Assembly: GCA_963822445.1 (NCBI GenBank)
Contig: CAWGHO010000002.1
Location: 1,024,001 to 1,088,000 of the forward strand
Reading direction: 5' to 3'
Source: an uncultured Acidobacteriota bacterium
GTDB lineage: Bacteria > Acidobacteriota > Thermoanaerobaculia > Gp7-AA8
Length of the DNA stretch: 64,000 bases
Shown here: positions 1 through 9,324 of the stretch, in pieces
Numbering within the stretch: position 1 is the first letter of the stretch
Layout of the letters: each line of letters starts with the position of its first letter
Position numbers and translations under genes: made by a program
Notes under the pieces: generated by a model
Told to the model about the DNA's origin: nothing
The model's input: only the letters and a program-made list of their open reading frames with translations
Database searches by the model: none

Positions 1-2614
1 CGACGTCTTCGGCGCGCCGACACGGATCGTCGACGCAAACGGTGTCGCCACCGAAATGACCTATGACGCCCTCGGGCGTCCGCTCACAACCACGGTGCGC
101 GGTGTTCCGGGCTGTGACACTGTCGCCGATCCGCTGTGCACCCAGGACATCACGACGAGCCGCGCATACGAAGCGGGCAACGGCCCGCTCTCGCTGGAAG
201 AACGCCCGGGCGGGGGCATCACCCTTTACGCGTACGACAACCGTGGGCGGATTCTCACGATCACCCGCGGCCCGGCCGTAACCGACCTTCGCGAGCGAAT
301 GGAGTATCAATACGATCCCATTACGGGGCAAAAAACCCTCGAGCGCATTCTGGGTCATGAGGGCGGTGCGTGGGTCGAGACCCGGCGAGAGTCGAGCGAA
401 TATGATGGGTCGGGACGTTTGATCCGCTCGGTGAACGCCGACGGCACATCGACTGGATTCAGCTACCAGGCTGGCGGCCTTCTCGCGTCGATCCGTGATG
501 AAAACCACAGCTCACCGAACAACTTCCAAGAATACGACGCCGCCGGGCGACTAAGCCGCGTTCGCCAGATGCTCGGAAGCGGGGAGGTGGTGACGGCATA
601 TGCGTATGACAGCCTCGGCAACCTCGTTTCCGTTACAGACCCGAACAGTAACGTCACTCTCTATCTGTACGATGACTTCGGTCAGATGCTCAGGCAGACC
701 AGCCCAGTGACCGGCGTGACGAACTATCAGTACGACGCCGCCGGCAATCTCGTGGCCGTGACCGACGCAAACGAGGCCACAACGGCGCGGTCCTACGATG
801 CGAGCAATCGGTTGATCGCAGCTGTGTCCTCGCGACCGGGCACGGCGACGGAGACCGTGACGTGGACGTATGGCGATGTTGCGGCCGGTCCGTTCGCGAA
901 GAACCGGATGACGTCGATGACCGATCCGACAGGGTCGACGAGCTACACCTACGATCGACGTGGGCTGCTGGCGAGAGAAGCGAAGACGATCGGCCAGGCG
1001 ACGTACACGACATCCTTCACTCATGAGGCGAGTGGCAACCGCGCGACGATCACCTATCCGTCGGGCCGCCTGACCACCTACACGCATGATCACGCCGGCC
1101 GTCCCGTCTCATTGACGTCTGCCGGCGCAACGATCATTTCCTCGGCGAGCTATCTCCCCTTCGGACCGGCGACGCGGCTCGTTCTGGGCAACGGAACCAC
1201 GCAGACGTTCACACGGGATACACGGTATCTGCCGCTCCGGAACACTCTCAGTGGGACGGCGACTCTTGCTGATTACGATTACGGCCGCGACGCCATCGGC
1301 AACGTGACGCGCATCGACGACCTCCTCGACCCCGGATATGACCGCACCTTCGCGTACGACGGGCTCAACCGTCTCGTATCTGCGAACGGCGGAGCGAGCT
1401 TGTGGGGTGCGGGCTCATACTCCTACGACGGAATGGGGAATCAGCTCTCCCTCACACTCGGCACGACGCGCGCAGCGACCTTCACCATGGTCGGAACGAC
1501 TCCGAAGATCGCCGCGGCAACTGAGAACGGCACGGAACGGCTGGTTGGCTACGATGCAGCCGGAAATGAGACGACCGTAGGGGCGACGACCTACGCTCAT
1601 TCGGCACGGAACCAGTTACTTGCAGACGGGACAAGAACCTACGCGTACGACGGCCGCGGGATCCGGACCATCACATCGACCCCCAGCCAGCATCGGTACT
1701 CGCTCTACACGCCCGAACTGAACCTGCTCGCCGAAACGGAGACCACGGGCAGCGCCACCCCCTCGGTCATCTGGGAGTACCTCTGGTTCGCCGGCCAGCC
1801 AGCCGCGCAGATCGACAACACGACCGGCGCGATTGCCTGGTACTTCGTCGACCATCTGGGTACGCCAATCCTGCAAACGAACGGCGCGGGCCAGATCACC
1901 TGGCGTGTCGAATACGAGCCCTACGGCTCAATCTTCGCCTACCGCGCCGGCAACGGGGCGCACCAGCCGCTTCGGTTTCCAGGGCAGGAGCAGGAGGGCG
2001 TTGACGACAGCTACAATATCTTTAGATGGTATCGATCCGGGTGGGGACGGTATACCCAGGCGGATCCGATCGGCATCACGGGGATAGGGTCCAGCGCCAC
2101 GAATCCCTACGTTTATGTCAGTGGACAGCCGACACGGCTGTTTGACTCACTGGGCCTCTTCGAGATGCATGACAGTTGTGATTCTTGCATCACGAGGTCT
2201 TCCGCTGGACCGAGCGGGCCGCACAGTCCTGGTCGCTCACCCTCGGCAAACCAGTACAGCTACATCTATTCGCGTGTGCAAAATGCTTGTCAGACCGTCG
2301 TGCCGAGAATCACGAACGTCTCGTTGCGTCGCTGTTTGGAGAGACAGTGTAGGGACGGCATTATTGAATGTCGGGATAGTTGCCCCAGGCGCCAAGTTGG
2401 TGGCACGGTCGACACGGTCGCCGCAAGGATCTTCCGACAGCGAGGTGCGCCAATCTGCATCAACAACTGGAGAGACCTGCGATATCACGACCCCGGCCGC
2501 GTTGCTATTCATGAATGGGCACACGGTTGCGGCTGGCTCCATGGGCAGCCGGGCGGTGTTCCTGGACGATCGGGCGATTTCCAAGATGAGGATGGCGTTC
2601 CGCCACGCCGGTGA
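1..2614 (+). CDS. RHS repeat protein (5'-truncated by window edge) with C-terminal zinc metalloprotease toxin domain
   Basis: Frame is open from position 2. Many YD repeats; RHS core PLRFPGQ..YNIFRWY..GRYTQADPIG..PTRLFDSLG; tip contains HEWAHGCGWLH. Confidence 0.93.
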   Translation, partial: DVFGAPTRIVDANGVATEMTYDALGRPLTTTVRGVPGCDTVADPLCTQDITTSRAYEAGNGPLSLEERPGGGITLYAYDNRGRILTITRGPAVTDLRERMEYQYDPITGQKTLERILGHEGGAWVETRRESSEYDGSGRLIRSVNADGTSTGFSYQAGGLLASIRDENHSSPNNFQEYDAAGRLSRVRQMLGSGEVVTAYAYDSLGNLVSVTDPNSNVTLYLYDDFGQMLRQTSPVTGVTNYQYDAAGNLVAVTDANEATTARSYDASNRLIAAVSSRPGTATETVTWTYGDVAAGPFAKNRMTSMTDPTGSTSYTYDRRGLLAREAKTIGQATYTTSFTHEASGNRATITYPSGRLTTYTHDHAGRPVSLTSAGATIISSASYLPFGPATRLVLGNGTTQTFTRDTRYLPLRNTLSGTATLADYDYGRDAIGNVTRIDDLLDPGYDRTFAYDGLNRLVSANGGASLWGAGSYSYDGMGNQLSLTLGTTRAATFTMVGTTPKIAAATENGTERLVGYDAAGNETTVGATTYAHSARNQLLADGTRTYAYDGRGIRTITSTPSQHRYSLYTPELNLLAETETTGSATPSVIWEYLWFAGQPAAQIDNTTGAIAWYFVDHLGTPILQTNGAGQITWRVEYEPYGSIFAYRAGNGAHQPLRFPGQEQEGVDDSYNIFRWYRSGWGRYTQADPIGITGIGSSATNPYVYVSGQPTRLFDSLGLFEMHDSCDSCITRSSAGPSGPHSPGRSPSANQYSYIYSRVQNACQTVVPRITNVSLRRCLERQCRDGIIECRDSCPRRQVGGTVDTVAARIFRQRGAPICINNWRDLRYHDPGRVAIHEWAHGCGWLHGQPGGVPGRSGDFQDEDGVPPRR
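507..2040 (+). repeat. Copy 1 of a ~1.5 kb near-identical direct repeat (RHS body and core)
   Basis: acagctcaccgaacaacttccaagaatacgacgcc starts at both 507 and 3361. Identity continues with scattered substitutions to the YNIFRWYRSG codons. Confidence 0.93.
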
Positions 2615-2618
2615 GCAC

Positions 2619-2972
2619 ATGCGCCCTCGAACGCTTATCATATCCACTCTCTGTTGGTTGATCGTTGCGTTAATGGTTAAGGTTTCGATCGACGCCTATG
2701 TGGGAGACACTCGATTCCGGCACATAGCTACTAATGTGGTGCTCTTCCCGCTTCCTTTGATTACCGCTGCGATGACGCGCAGTGCTAACGCCGTGCTGCC
2801 TCCTGATGGATCCGAATCCGCCGCCGCTTCTCTGGCGCCGGCAGCTCTTAACGTTCTACTGATCCTATCGCTCGTTATATATGGCTGCGCTGTTGCGCTG
2901 GCGATCAAATCAGTGAACTGGGGGCTGCGGTCCGTAAAACGCATGAGAGCGCGAAGTACCGTACGGGATTAG
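2619..2972 (+). CDS. Putative membrane immunity protein for RHS toxin 1
   Basis: ATG lies 4 nt after the toxin stop. 117 aa with about 3 hydrophobic segments and lower GC than flanking genes. Confidence 0.65.
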   Translation: MRPRTLIISTLCWLIVALMVKVSIDAYVGDTRFRHIATNVVLFPLPLITAAMTRSANAVLPPDGSESAAASLAPAALNVLLILSLVIYGCAVALAIKSVNWGLRSVKRMRARSTVRD

Positions 2973-2973
2973 T

Positions 2974-3110
2974 GATAACTACAACATGTTCAGGTGGTAC
3001 CGGCTGGGTGGGGGCGGTACACCCAGGCTGATCCGCTAGGAACGATCGGGAATGTAGCGCTCTTTGGCAGCGTCGGTTCGGCCGATGCTAGCCTGTACGC
3101 CTACGTTGCC
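2974..3110 (+). pseudogene. Orphan RHS core remnant (frameshifted)
   Basis: Translates as DNYNMFRWYR/fs/AGWGRYTQADPLGTIGNVALFGSVGSADASLYAYVA; the toxin tip is missing. Confidence 0.8.
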
Positions 3111-3307
3111 GTACTTGGCGCGCCGCGCTTATCGTCGCCCATGCTATTGCCGAGCTGAGTACCCTTGCATTCAGCGAGTCGTTCGTGACCATAAGTTTTG
3201 AAAGCTGGGTTCGGGCGTGGTCCTTCGTGCTGCTAGCGTCTGCGCAGTGGTATTGGGTGGGTGGCCTCATCGCCTTTTGCTTAGCACGACGACGCGAAAC
3301 CGGATGA
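3110..3307 (+). pseudogene. 3' remnant of a hydrophobic (immunity-like) gene
   Basis: Frame RTWRAALIVAHAIAEL...AWSFVLLASAQWYWVGGLIAFCLARRRETG* has no start codon and sits between two RHS stubs. Confidence 0.5.
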
Positions 3308-3310
3308 TGT

Positions 3311-3355
3311 GGATACAACATCTTTAGGTGGTATCGGGCCAGGTGGCGGCGGTTA
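3311..3355 (+). pseudogene. Second RHS core stub
   Basis: GYNIFRWYRARWRR is a degenerate copy of YNIFRWYRSGWGR. Confidence 0.7.
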
Positions 3356-3360
3356 AGACA

Positions 3361-4897
3361 ACAGCTCACCGAACAACTTCCAAGAATACGACGCCGCCGG
3401 GCGACTAAGCCGTGTTCGTCAGGTGCTCGGAAGCGGCGAGGTCGTGACGGCATATGCGTATGACAGCCTCGGCAACCTCGTTTCCGTTACCGACCCGAAC
3501 AATAACGTCACGCTCTATCTGTACGATGACTTCGGTCAGATGCTCAGGCAGACCAGTCCGGTGACCGGCGTGACGAACTATCAGTACGACGCCACCGGAA
3601 ATCTCGTGGCCGTGACCGACGCAAACGAGGCCACAACGGCGCGGTCCTATGACGCGAGCAATCGAATGATCGCCGCTGTGTCCTCGCGATCGGGTGCGGC
3701 GACGGAGACCGTCACGTGGACGTACGGCGATGTTGCGGCCGCTCCGTTCGCGAAGAACCGGATGACGTCAATGACCGATCCGACAGGGTCGACGAGCTAC
3801 ACCTACGATCGACGCGGCCTGCTGGCTAGAGAAGCGAAGACAATCGGCCAGGCGACGTACACGACATCCTTCACTCATGACGCGAGTGGCAACCGCGCGA
3901 CGATCACCTATCCGTCGGGCCGGCTGGCCACCTACACGCATGATCACGCCGGCCGTCCCGTCTCATTGACGTCTGCCGGCGCAACGATCATTTCCTCGGC
4001 GAGCTATCTCCCCTTCGGACCAGCGACACGGCTCGTTCTGGGCAACGGAACCATCCAGACGTTTACCCGGGATACACGGTATCTGCCGCTCCGGAACACT
4101 CTCAGTGGGTCCACGGCTCTTGCTGACTACGATTACGGCCGCGACGACGCCGGAAACGTGACGCGCATCGACGACCTCCTCGACCCCGGATATGACCGCA
4201 CCTTCGCGTACGACGGGCTCAACCGTCTCGTGTCTGCGAACGGCGGAGCGAGCTTGTGGGGTGCGGGCTCATACTCCTACGACGGAATGGGGAATCAGCT
4301 CTCCCTCACACTCGGCACGACGCGCGCAGCGACCTTCACCATGGTCGGAACGACTCCGAAGATCGCCGCGGCAACTGAGAACGGCACGGAACGGCCGGTT
4401 GGCTACGATGCAGCCGGAAATGAGACGACCGTAGGAGCGACGACCTACGCTCATTCGGCACGGAACCATTTACTGGCAGACGGGACAAGAACCTACGCGT
4501 ACGACGGCCGCGGGATCCGCACCATCACATCGACCCCAAGCCAGCATCGCTACTCGCTCTACACTCCTGAACTGAACCTGCTCGCCGAAACGGAGACCAC
4601 GAGCAGCGCCACCCCCTCAGTCGCCTGGGAGTACCTCTGGTTCGCGGGTCAGCCGGCCGCGCAGATCGACAACACCACGGGCGCCATCTCCTGGTACTTC
4701 GTCGACCATCTGGGTACGCCAATCCTGCAAACGAACGGCGCGGGCCAGATCACCTGGCGTGCGGAGTACGAGCCCTACGGCTCAATCTTCGCCTACCGCG
4801 CCGGCAGCGCGACGCACCAGCCGCTTCGGTTTCCGGGGCAGGAGACGGAGGCGGGCGTTGACGACAGCTACAACATCTTCAGGTGGTACCGCTCCGG
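3361..4897 (+). repeat. Copy 2 of the RHS body/core direct repeat
   Basis: Matches 507-2040. Confidence 0.93.
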
Positions 4898-5426
4898 CTT
4901 CGGAAGGTACACGTCTCCGGACCCCGTGACTCTCGGCATGTTGAGCGGTGGCACACCGCCGGGCGAGTACGGCATCTCGTTTTTCGGTCAACGGAGCCTG
5001 CGGAATTTCCGCATGCGCAACTCGCAGTGGGATCACGCCTACGGCTACGTTGCCGGCAATCCGTTGCGAGCTGTTGACCCGAAAGGTCTGTTCGGACCGG
5101 GTGACCTGGCTGGCGCCGGCGGCATCGTCTGCATGCTCGACTCACCGGTACCGGGGCCTGCTGACATCATCGGCGGAGCGATCATTCTGATCGCCGGAGC
5201 GTGGGCGCTCAGCGAGGGAATCGAGTGGGCCCGTGAGCGAGATCGGACGTGCCGCGAATGCGACGACACGCGCGAGAAGTGCAAGAAGCGATGTGACCGG
5301 ATTTATCAGGCCCTCGTGGATGACTGCTCACGTCGTTTCGCTAGTAACCCGAGAGGAGCAGCACTCTGCTATGCCGAAGCCGCTGAGGTCTACGCCGATT
5401 GCTTAAGAGACTGCGAGGGTCGCTGA
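3423..5426 (+). CDS. Orphan (N-terminally truncated) RHS protein with Cys-rich C-terminal toxin tip
   Basis: Near-identical to the RHS1 body. Core ends AGNPLRAVDPKGL, followed by a distinct ~110 aa tip. Begins mid-repeat, so it may be a silent cassette. Confidence 0.88.
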   Translation: MLGSGEVVTAYAYDSLGNLVSVTDPNNNVTLYLYDDFGQMLRQTSPVTGVTNYQYDATGNLVAVTDANEATTARSYDASNRMIAAVSSRSGAATETVTWTYGDVAAAPFAKNRMTSMTDPTGSTSYTYDRRGLLAREAKTIGQATYTTSFTHDASGNRATITYPSGRLATYTHDHAGRPVSLTSAGATIISSASYLPFGPATRLVLGNGTIQTFTRDTRYLPLRNTLSGSTALADYDYGRDDAGNVTRIDDLLDPGYDRTFAYDGLNRLVSANGGASLWGAGSYSYDGMGNQLSLTLGTTRAATFTMVGTTPKIAAATENGTERPVGYDAAGNETTVGATTYAHSARNHLLADGTRTYAYDGRGIRTITSTPSQHRYSLYTPELNLLAETETTSSATPSVAWEYLWFAGQPAAQIDNTTGAISWYFVDHLGTPILQTNGAGQITWRAEYEPYGSIFAYRAGSATHQPLRFPGQETEAGVDDSYNIFRWYRSGFGRYTSPDPVTLGMLSGGTPPGEYGISFFGQRSLRNFRMRNSQWDHAYGYVAGNPLRAVDPKGLFGPGDLAGAGGIVCMLDSPVPGPADIIGGAIILIAGAWALSEGIEWARERDRTCRECDDTREKCKKRCDRIYQALVDDCSRRFASNPRGAALCYAEAAEVYADCLRDCEGR

Positions 5427-6040
5427 TGGAGCGAGACGCGATCAAAGAAGCTCTCGACGCGGCGCAGCCACTTCTGTTCGAGCGGAACTACCCGGAAGCA
5501 TGCCGGCTGATGCGCGATAGGTTCGAGACGGCACGAGCGGAGGGAAGATCGGAGGATGCCGCCGCTTTGAGCGGCATCCTCGCTACATATCTGTCGCTCG
5601 CCGGCGATGAAGCCGCGGCACACGAGGCATACACTCAAGCGGAAGAGTTGCAACCAAACAACCCGCATCATTCGTTGGCAACGGCAAAGCATCTGTTCTT
5701 GCAGCTCGGTAAGAAGGCGAAAGCGCGGGAGAAAATCGATCAGCTGCTGGCGCGCGAACACGATCCGCTCTTCGGCTACAAAGCACGAATCATCATGGGC
5801 CGTTTTGCCCTCGCTGAAAAAGCGACCGAACGTGCAGCGGTGCATCTGAAGGAAGCGCACGATATCGCCAGCTCCGCGGACCTGCTTCCGATCTGGTGGG
5901 ACACGTATCTCGCGAAGAAGTTGCTCGACAAAGCGCCTGAAGCGCGCGCGTATCTCGACGATCTGCTTACGCGGGCACGCGCGGCCGGCGACGAGCGAGT
6001 TGTGAACGAGATCGAAGAACTCTTCGGCGCAGCGACCTAA
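5426..6040 (+). CDS. Putative immunity protein, TPR-like helical
   Basis: TGATG overlap with the RHS2 stop; helical repeats such as AHEAYTQAEELQPNNP. Confidence 0.65.
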   Translation: MERDAIKEALDAAQPLLFERNYPEACRLMRDRFETARAEGRSEDAAALSGILATYLSLAGDEAAAHEAYTQAEELQPNNPHHSLATAKHLFLQLGKKAKAREKIDQLLAREHDPLFGYKARIIMGRFALAEKATERAAVHLKEAHDIASSADLLPIWWDTYLAKKLLDKAPEARAYLDDLLTRARAAGDERVVNEIEELFGAAT

Positions 6041-6069
6041 CGCAACGATCGCGTGAAAGCGACGGGCGA

Positions 6070-7101
6070 TCACTTCCGCGTCGACCGCCGCCGCCCCCCG
6101 GCACAACTGAACGCTTCGGCGTGCTCGGCATCCTGAATCGCGTACGACTGCGCCTGGTTTCGCGTGAATGACGTCGTCGCGTAGGACGAGACGATCAGAG
6201 CGCGATTGCGTTGCGGGTCGTACGGCTCGAGCAGCGTCGTGACGTCGCCGCCGAGGTTCGCGTGCACGTCGAGCATCCTCGCTTCGGCGGCACAGTCGAG
6301 CGGCAGCGCGTCCATGCGCAACGTCTTGCGCTGGCGATTGCGGTCGCTGACCCAGGAAATCTCCTTGCGCTTTGCGTCATAGACCACGCTCCAGCGCGTC
6401 GATCCCGGTTGGGCCACGCTCGACAGGATCTCGAATGCACGGTCCACCGACGCCGAGCCTGAACGAAGCATCGTCGCGGCGCGCGCGAAGCGGTCGAGTG
6501 AGCTGAACGTCGACGCCTTCGGACGCGAATTCAGATAGGACACCGAACGGGCGTAGCTGTCGTTGGTCAGGACCGCCGCGGGCAGCGACGCGCCGCGATG
6601 AACGACCAGGTTTCCGCCGAGGTATTCGATCGTCGCCGCGTCACCGGTGGCGTCGGCGATCAGGTAGTGAAGAGGCGTGCCGCCGGCGATGCGGGTGCGC
6701 TCGACGTGGGCGAGCATCTCCTCGACCGAGCCGTAGTTGTCGAGGCCGTACTGAATCCACTCCAGCACGCGCAGCGACGGGCGCTCGTCACGCGGGTAGA
6801 CCGTCTCATCGAGCCACATCAACGCGATCACCAGGCCGACCTCGTTCATCCCGTCCATCGGGAACTCGCGTCCCCACTGGTTGAACGTGACGCTGGCATA
6901 GCGCGTCGTCCAGCGCAGCGTCCCGGCCATCGAGGTCTTCGCGACTCCGCGGGCGTTGGTCATGACGTAGCCCTGGCCGATCTCGAAGTCGTAGTTGCGG
7001 CCGAACAACGCCTCGCCGTCGCCGGCCATGCAGAACGTGGTGCAGGGAAACGCAAGCGGCGCCGTGGAGAGGACGAGAGCGAGCAGCAACGCGCGATGCA
7101 C
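6070..7101 (-). CDS. Secreted linear amide C-N hydrolase (penicillin V acylase/choloylglycine hydrolase family)
   Basis: Signal peptide followed by the Ntn nucleophile CTTF...GRNYDF, and DGMNEVGL. Confidence 0.9.
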   Translation of the reverse strand: MHRALLLALVLSTAPLAFPCTTFCMAGDGEALFGRNYDFEIGQGYVMTNARGVAKTSMAGTLRWTTRYASVTFNQWGREFPMDGMNEVGLVIALMWLDETVYPRDERPSLRVLEWIQYGLDNYGSVEEMLAHVERTRIAGGTPLHYLIADATGDAATIEYLGGNLVVHRGASLPAAVLTNDSYARSVSYLNSRPKASTFSSLDRFARAATMLRSGSASVDRAFEILSSVAQPGSTRWSVVYDAKRKEISWVSDRNRQRKTLRMDALPLDCAAEARMLDVHANLGGDVTTLLEPYDPQRNRALIVSSYATTSFTRNQAQSYAIQDAEHAEAFSCAGGRRRSTRK

Positions 7102-7211
7102 CCGCTCACTATGCAGCGGCGTCGGGCGGGCGCGGCCGGCGTTCACGCGAAGTTTGCCGCCGTGTCCCTCTTTTTTTCCGTTTTGCGCTTTCGGAGACAA
7201 GGAGGAAGTTC

Positions 7212-7822
7212 ATGAGATCTTCGAATACGCATTGGATTCTGTTTGCCGCATGCCTGCTGCTCTGCGCTCCCGGCGCTTCGGCGGAAACGCCGGGATACGA
7301 CCGGTACTGGACGACTGTCGGCTCGGCCGGGACCCTCGATGAAGATTCCGACGGGAAATCTTCTTCAGCCACGCCGTGGTGCAGAAGGGCGACATGCCCG
7401 AGATCGGGAAGGCCCGTCGCCAGATTCGGACCGACGGCGGGGTCGAAGAGACCGATTCCGCGGTCATTCGTTACAACGTCACGGCGGTGGATGGACTGTT
7501 CGGAGGACCCGACGTCGTGATGGCGATCCGCTTCCGCGACGAGGGGAAGAGCGCGCGGGTCGAGGCGCGGCTCATCGAGGTGGACCTGTACACCGGAGCC
7601 GAGGTGACGCGCCTGACGTTCGACAGCAACGCCGGCGTTCCCGAGGAGAGCGGGTACCACGTGCACGAGGTGTTCGACTGCCTCGGGCGCGGGGACGAGG
7701 CCTTCGATTTCACGCGGAAGGCCTACTACATCGAAGCGACCCTCACGACCAGCTCGTTCGTGCTGGAGAGCGTGGCCGGAATCGAGATCATTCACGTGCG
7801 CGCGACAACCTGCGACATCTGA
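7212..7822 (+). CDS. Secreted hypothetical protein with a 1-nt frameshift near 7357 (probably a sequencing error)
   Basis: Strong SD (aaggagg) and signal peptide. Adding one A in gggaaatc joins the 7212 ORF to the 7376-7822 ORF. Confidence 0.65.
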
Positions 7823-7837
7823 CGCGCTCCGACATTC

Positions 7838-7866
7838 CGTGTGGCGTCTCGCGGAGACGCCACACG
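7838..7866. terminator. Hairpin between convergent genes (probable bidirectional terminator)
   Basis: Perfect 13-bp stem cgtgtggcgtctc/gagacgccacacg. Confidence 0.55.
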
Positions 7867-7871
7867 TTTCG

Positions 7872-8249
7872 CTACTCGCCCACGAGCGCGTGAATGTTGC
7901 CGTCGGGATCCTTGAACCACGCCACGCGCATGCCGTCGGATCCGTAGATGTCGCCCTCGCGTTTCATGTCGGGCATGTCGTAGTGCTCGAACTTCACACC
8001 CTTCTGTTTGAGCGAGTCGACGACGTCGACGATGTCCGGACCGACATCCCAGGTGACCGCGGTGGCCTGGTTCGTTCCCGCGTATTGCGAGCGGTAGACG
8101 AAAAGCGATGACGGCCCGGCGCTGAAGGTGAGCGCTTCCTCTCCCTCCGTTTCGGTCACGGTGAGACCGAGCACGCCCTCATAAAACTCGCGGGCGGCGG
8201 CGAGATCGCGAACGGCGGCGGTGGCGATGGCAGGTTTCGTTGCAAGCAT
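7872..8249 (-). CDS. VOC/glyoxalase family protein
   Basis: AVRDLAAAREFYEGVLGL...AWFKDPDGNI motifs. Confidence 0.9.
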   Translation of the reverse strand: MLATKPAIATAAVRDLAAAREFYEGVLGLTVTETEGEEALTFSAGPSSLFVYRSQYAGTNQATAVTWDVGPDIVDVVDSLKQKGVKFEHYDMPDMKREGDIYGSDGMRVAWFKDPDGNIHALVGE

Positions 8250-8273
8250 CCGCACATCGTATTCTCCGTGGAC

Positions 8274-8726
8274 ATGAGTCTCATCGAAGAAGTCGGCCCC
8301 GGTCTCGACGGCCTGTCGCAACTGCGCGCCCTCATTGCAGCGGGGCGCAAGCCGGGAATCGCCCACTCGCTGCAATTCGAGCTGGTCGAGGTCGACCGCG
8401 GACGGGCCGTGTTCGCGGGCACGCCGGGCGAGCATGCGTACAACCCGCTGGGCACGGTGCACGGAGGCTACGCGGCCACGCTGCTCGATTCCGCGTGCGG
8501 CTGCGCGGTGCATTCGATGCTCACCGACACGCAGGCCTACACCACGCTGGAGCTGAAGGTCGCCTTTCACAAGGCCATCACCCGCGATACGGGCATGCTT
8601 CGCGCGGAAGCGACGATCGTGTCCATCGGACGGCGCGCCGCGTTTTCTGAAGGAAGACTCGTCGACGCGGAGGGGCGGCTGTACGCGTCGGCGACGTCGA
8701 CGCTGCTGATCTTCGAGCGGCGCTAG
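8274..8726 (+). CDS. PaaI family thioesterase
   Basis: NPLGTVHGGYAATLLDSACG hot-dog motif. Confidence 0.92.
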   Translation: MSLIEEVGPGLDGLSQLRALIAAGRKPGIAHSLQFELVEVDRGRAVFAGTPGEHAYNPLGTVHGGYAATLLDSACGCAVHSMLTDTQAYTTLELKVAFHKAITRDTGMLRAEATIVSIGRRAAFSEGRLVDAEGRLYASATSTLLIFERR

Positions 8727-8884
8727 ACCAGCATCGAGAACAACTTCAACGCGCGCCGCTCGATCCGGCTCAAAGCCCGCTCGAAGTGTTTGACGTCCAC
8801 CGGCTGGAGCTCGGCCGCCGACACGTCGCCGCGGAGCTCGCGGGCCTGCTTGAGGACCGTGTCCAGCAGCAGCATGGTGGACAT
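8723..8884 (-). CDS. Small hypothetical protein
   Basis: 53 aa helical ORF with plausible codon usage, downstream of the receiver gene. Confidence 0.45.
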   Translation of the reverse strand: MSTMLLLDTVLKQARELRGDVSAAELQPVDVKHFERALSRIERRALKLFSMLV

Positions 8885-8913
8885 CGTGGCGTGAGCCTGG
8901 GCGCCGGAGTCCA

Positions 8914-9324
8914 TCAGTGCGCCTCCACCGGCCCGCGTCCGCCGCAGGCCAGCACTTCGCCGACCAGCTCATCCAGCTCGAACGGTTTGCGCATCACCCG
9001 CCGAACCAGGCCGGCGTCATCGAAATCGCGCAGCGTCGATTGGGCAACCGCGGTCAGCACGATCGTGCGCGGCAGAAGGTCCGGCTCGCGGCTCTTCAAC
9101 TCCCGGATCACTTCGAAACCGTTCCTGACCGGCAGCATCAGGTCCAGCACGACCACGTCGTAGCGCTGCGCGCGCAATCGCTTCAAGGCCGCCTCACCGT
9201 CGCCGACGCATTCAGCGACCACGTCCGTCCTCCGCCTGAAGACGGTCGTCATCAACTGCTGGATCCCTTCGTCGTCGTCGACGAAGAGAAGCCGAAGTGC
9301 AGTACCGGGCGAGTTGGGGACCAT
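8914..9324 (-). CDS. Single-domain response regulator (receiver)
   Basis: LFVDDD, LDLMLP, KPF motifs. Confidence 0.9.
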   Translation of the reverse strand: MVPNSPGTALRLLFVDDDEGIQQLMTTVFRRRTDVVAECVGDGEAALKRLRAQRYDVVVLDLMLPVRNGFEVIRELKSREPDLLPRTIVLTAVAQSTLRDFDDAGLVRRVMRKPFELDELVGEVLACGGRGPVEAH

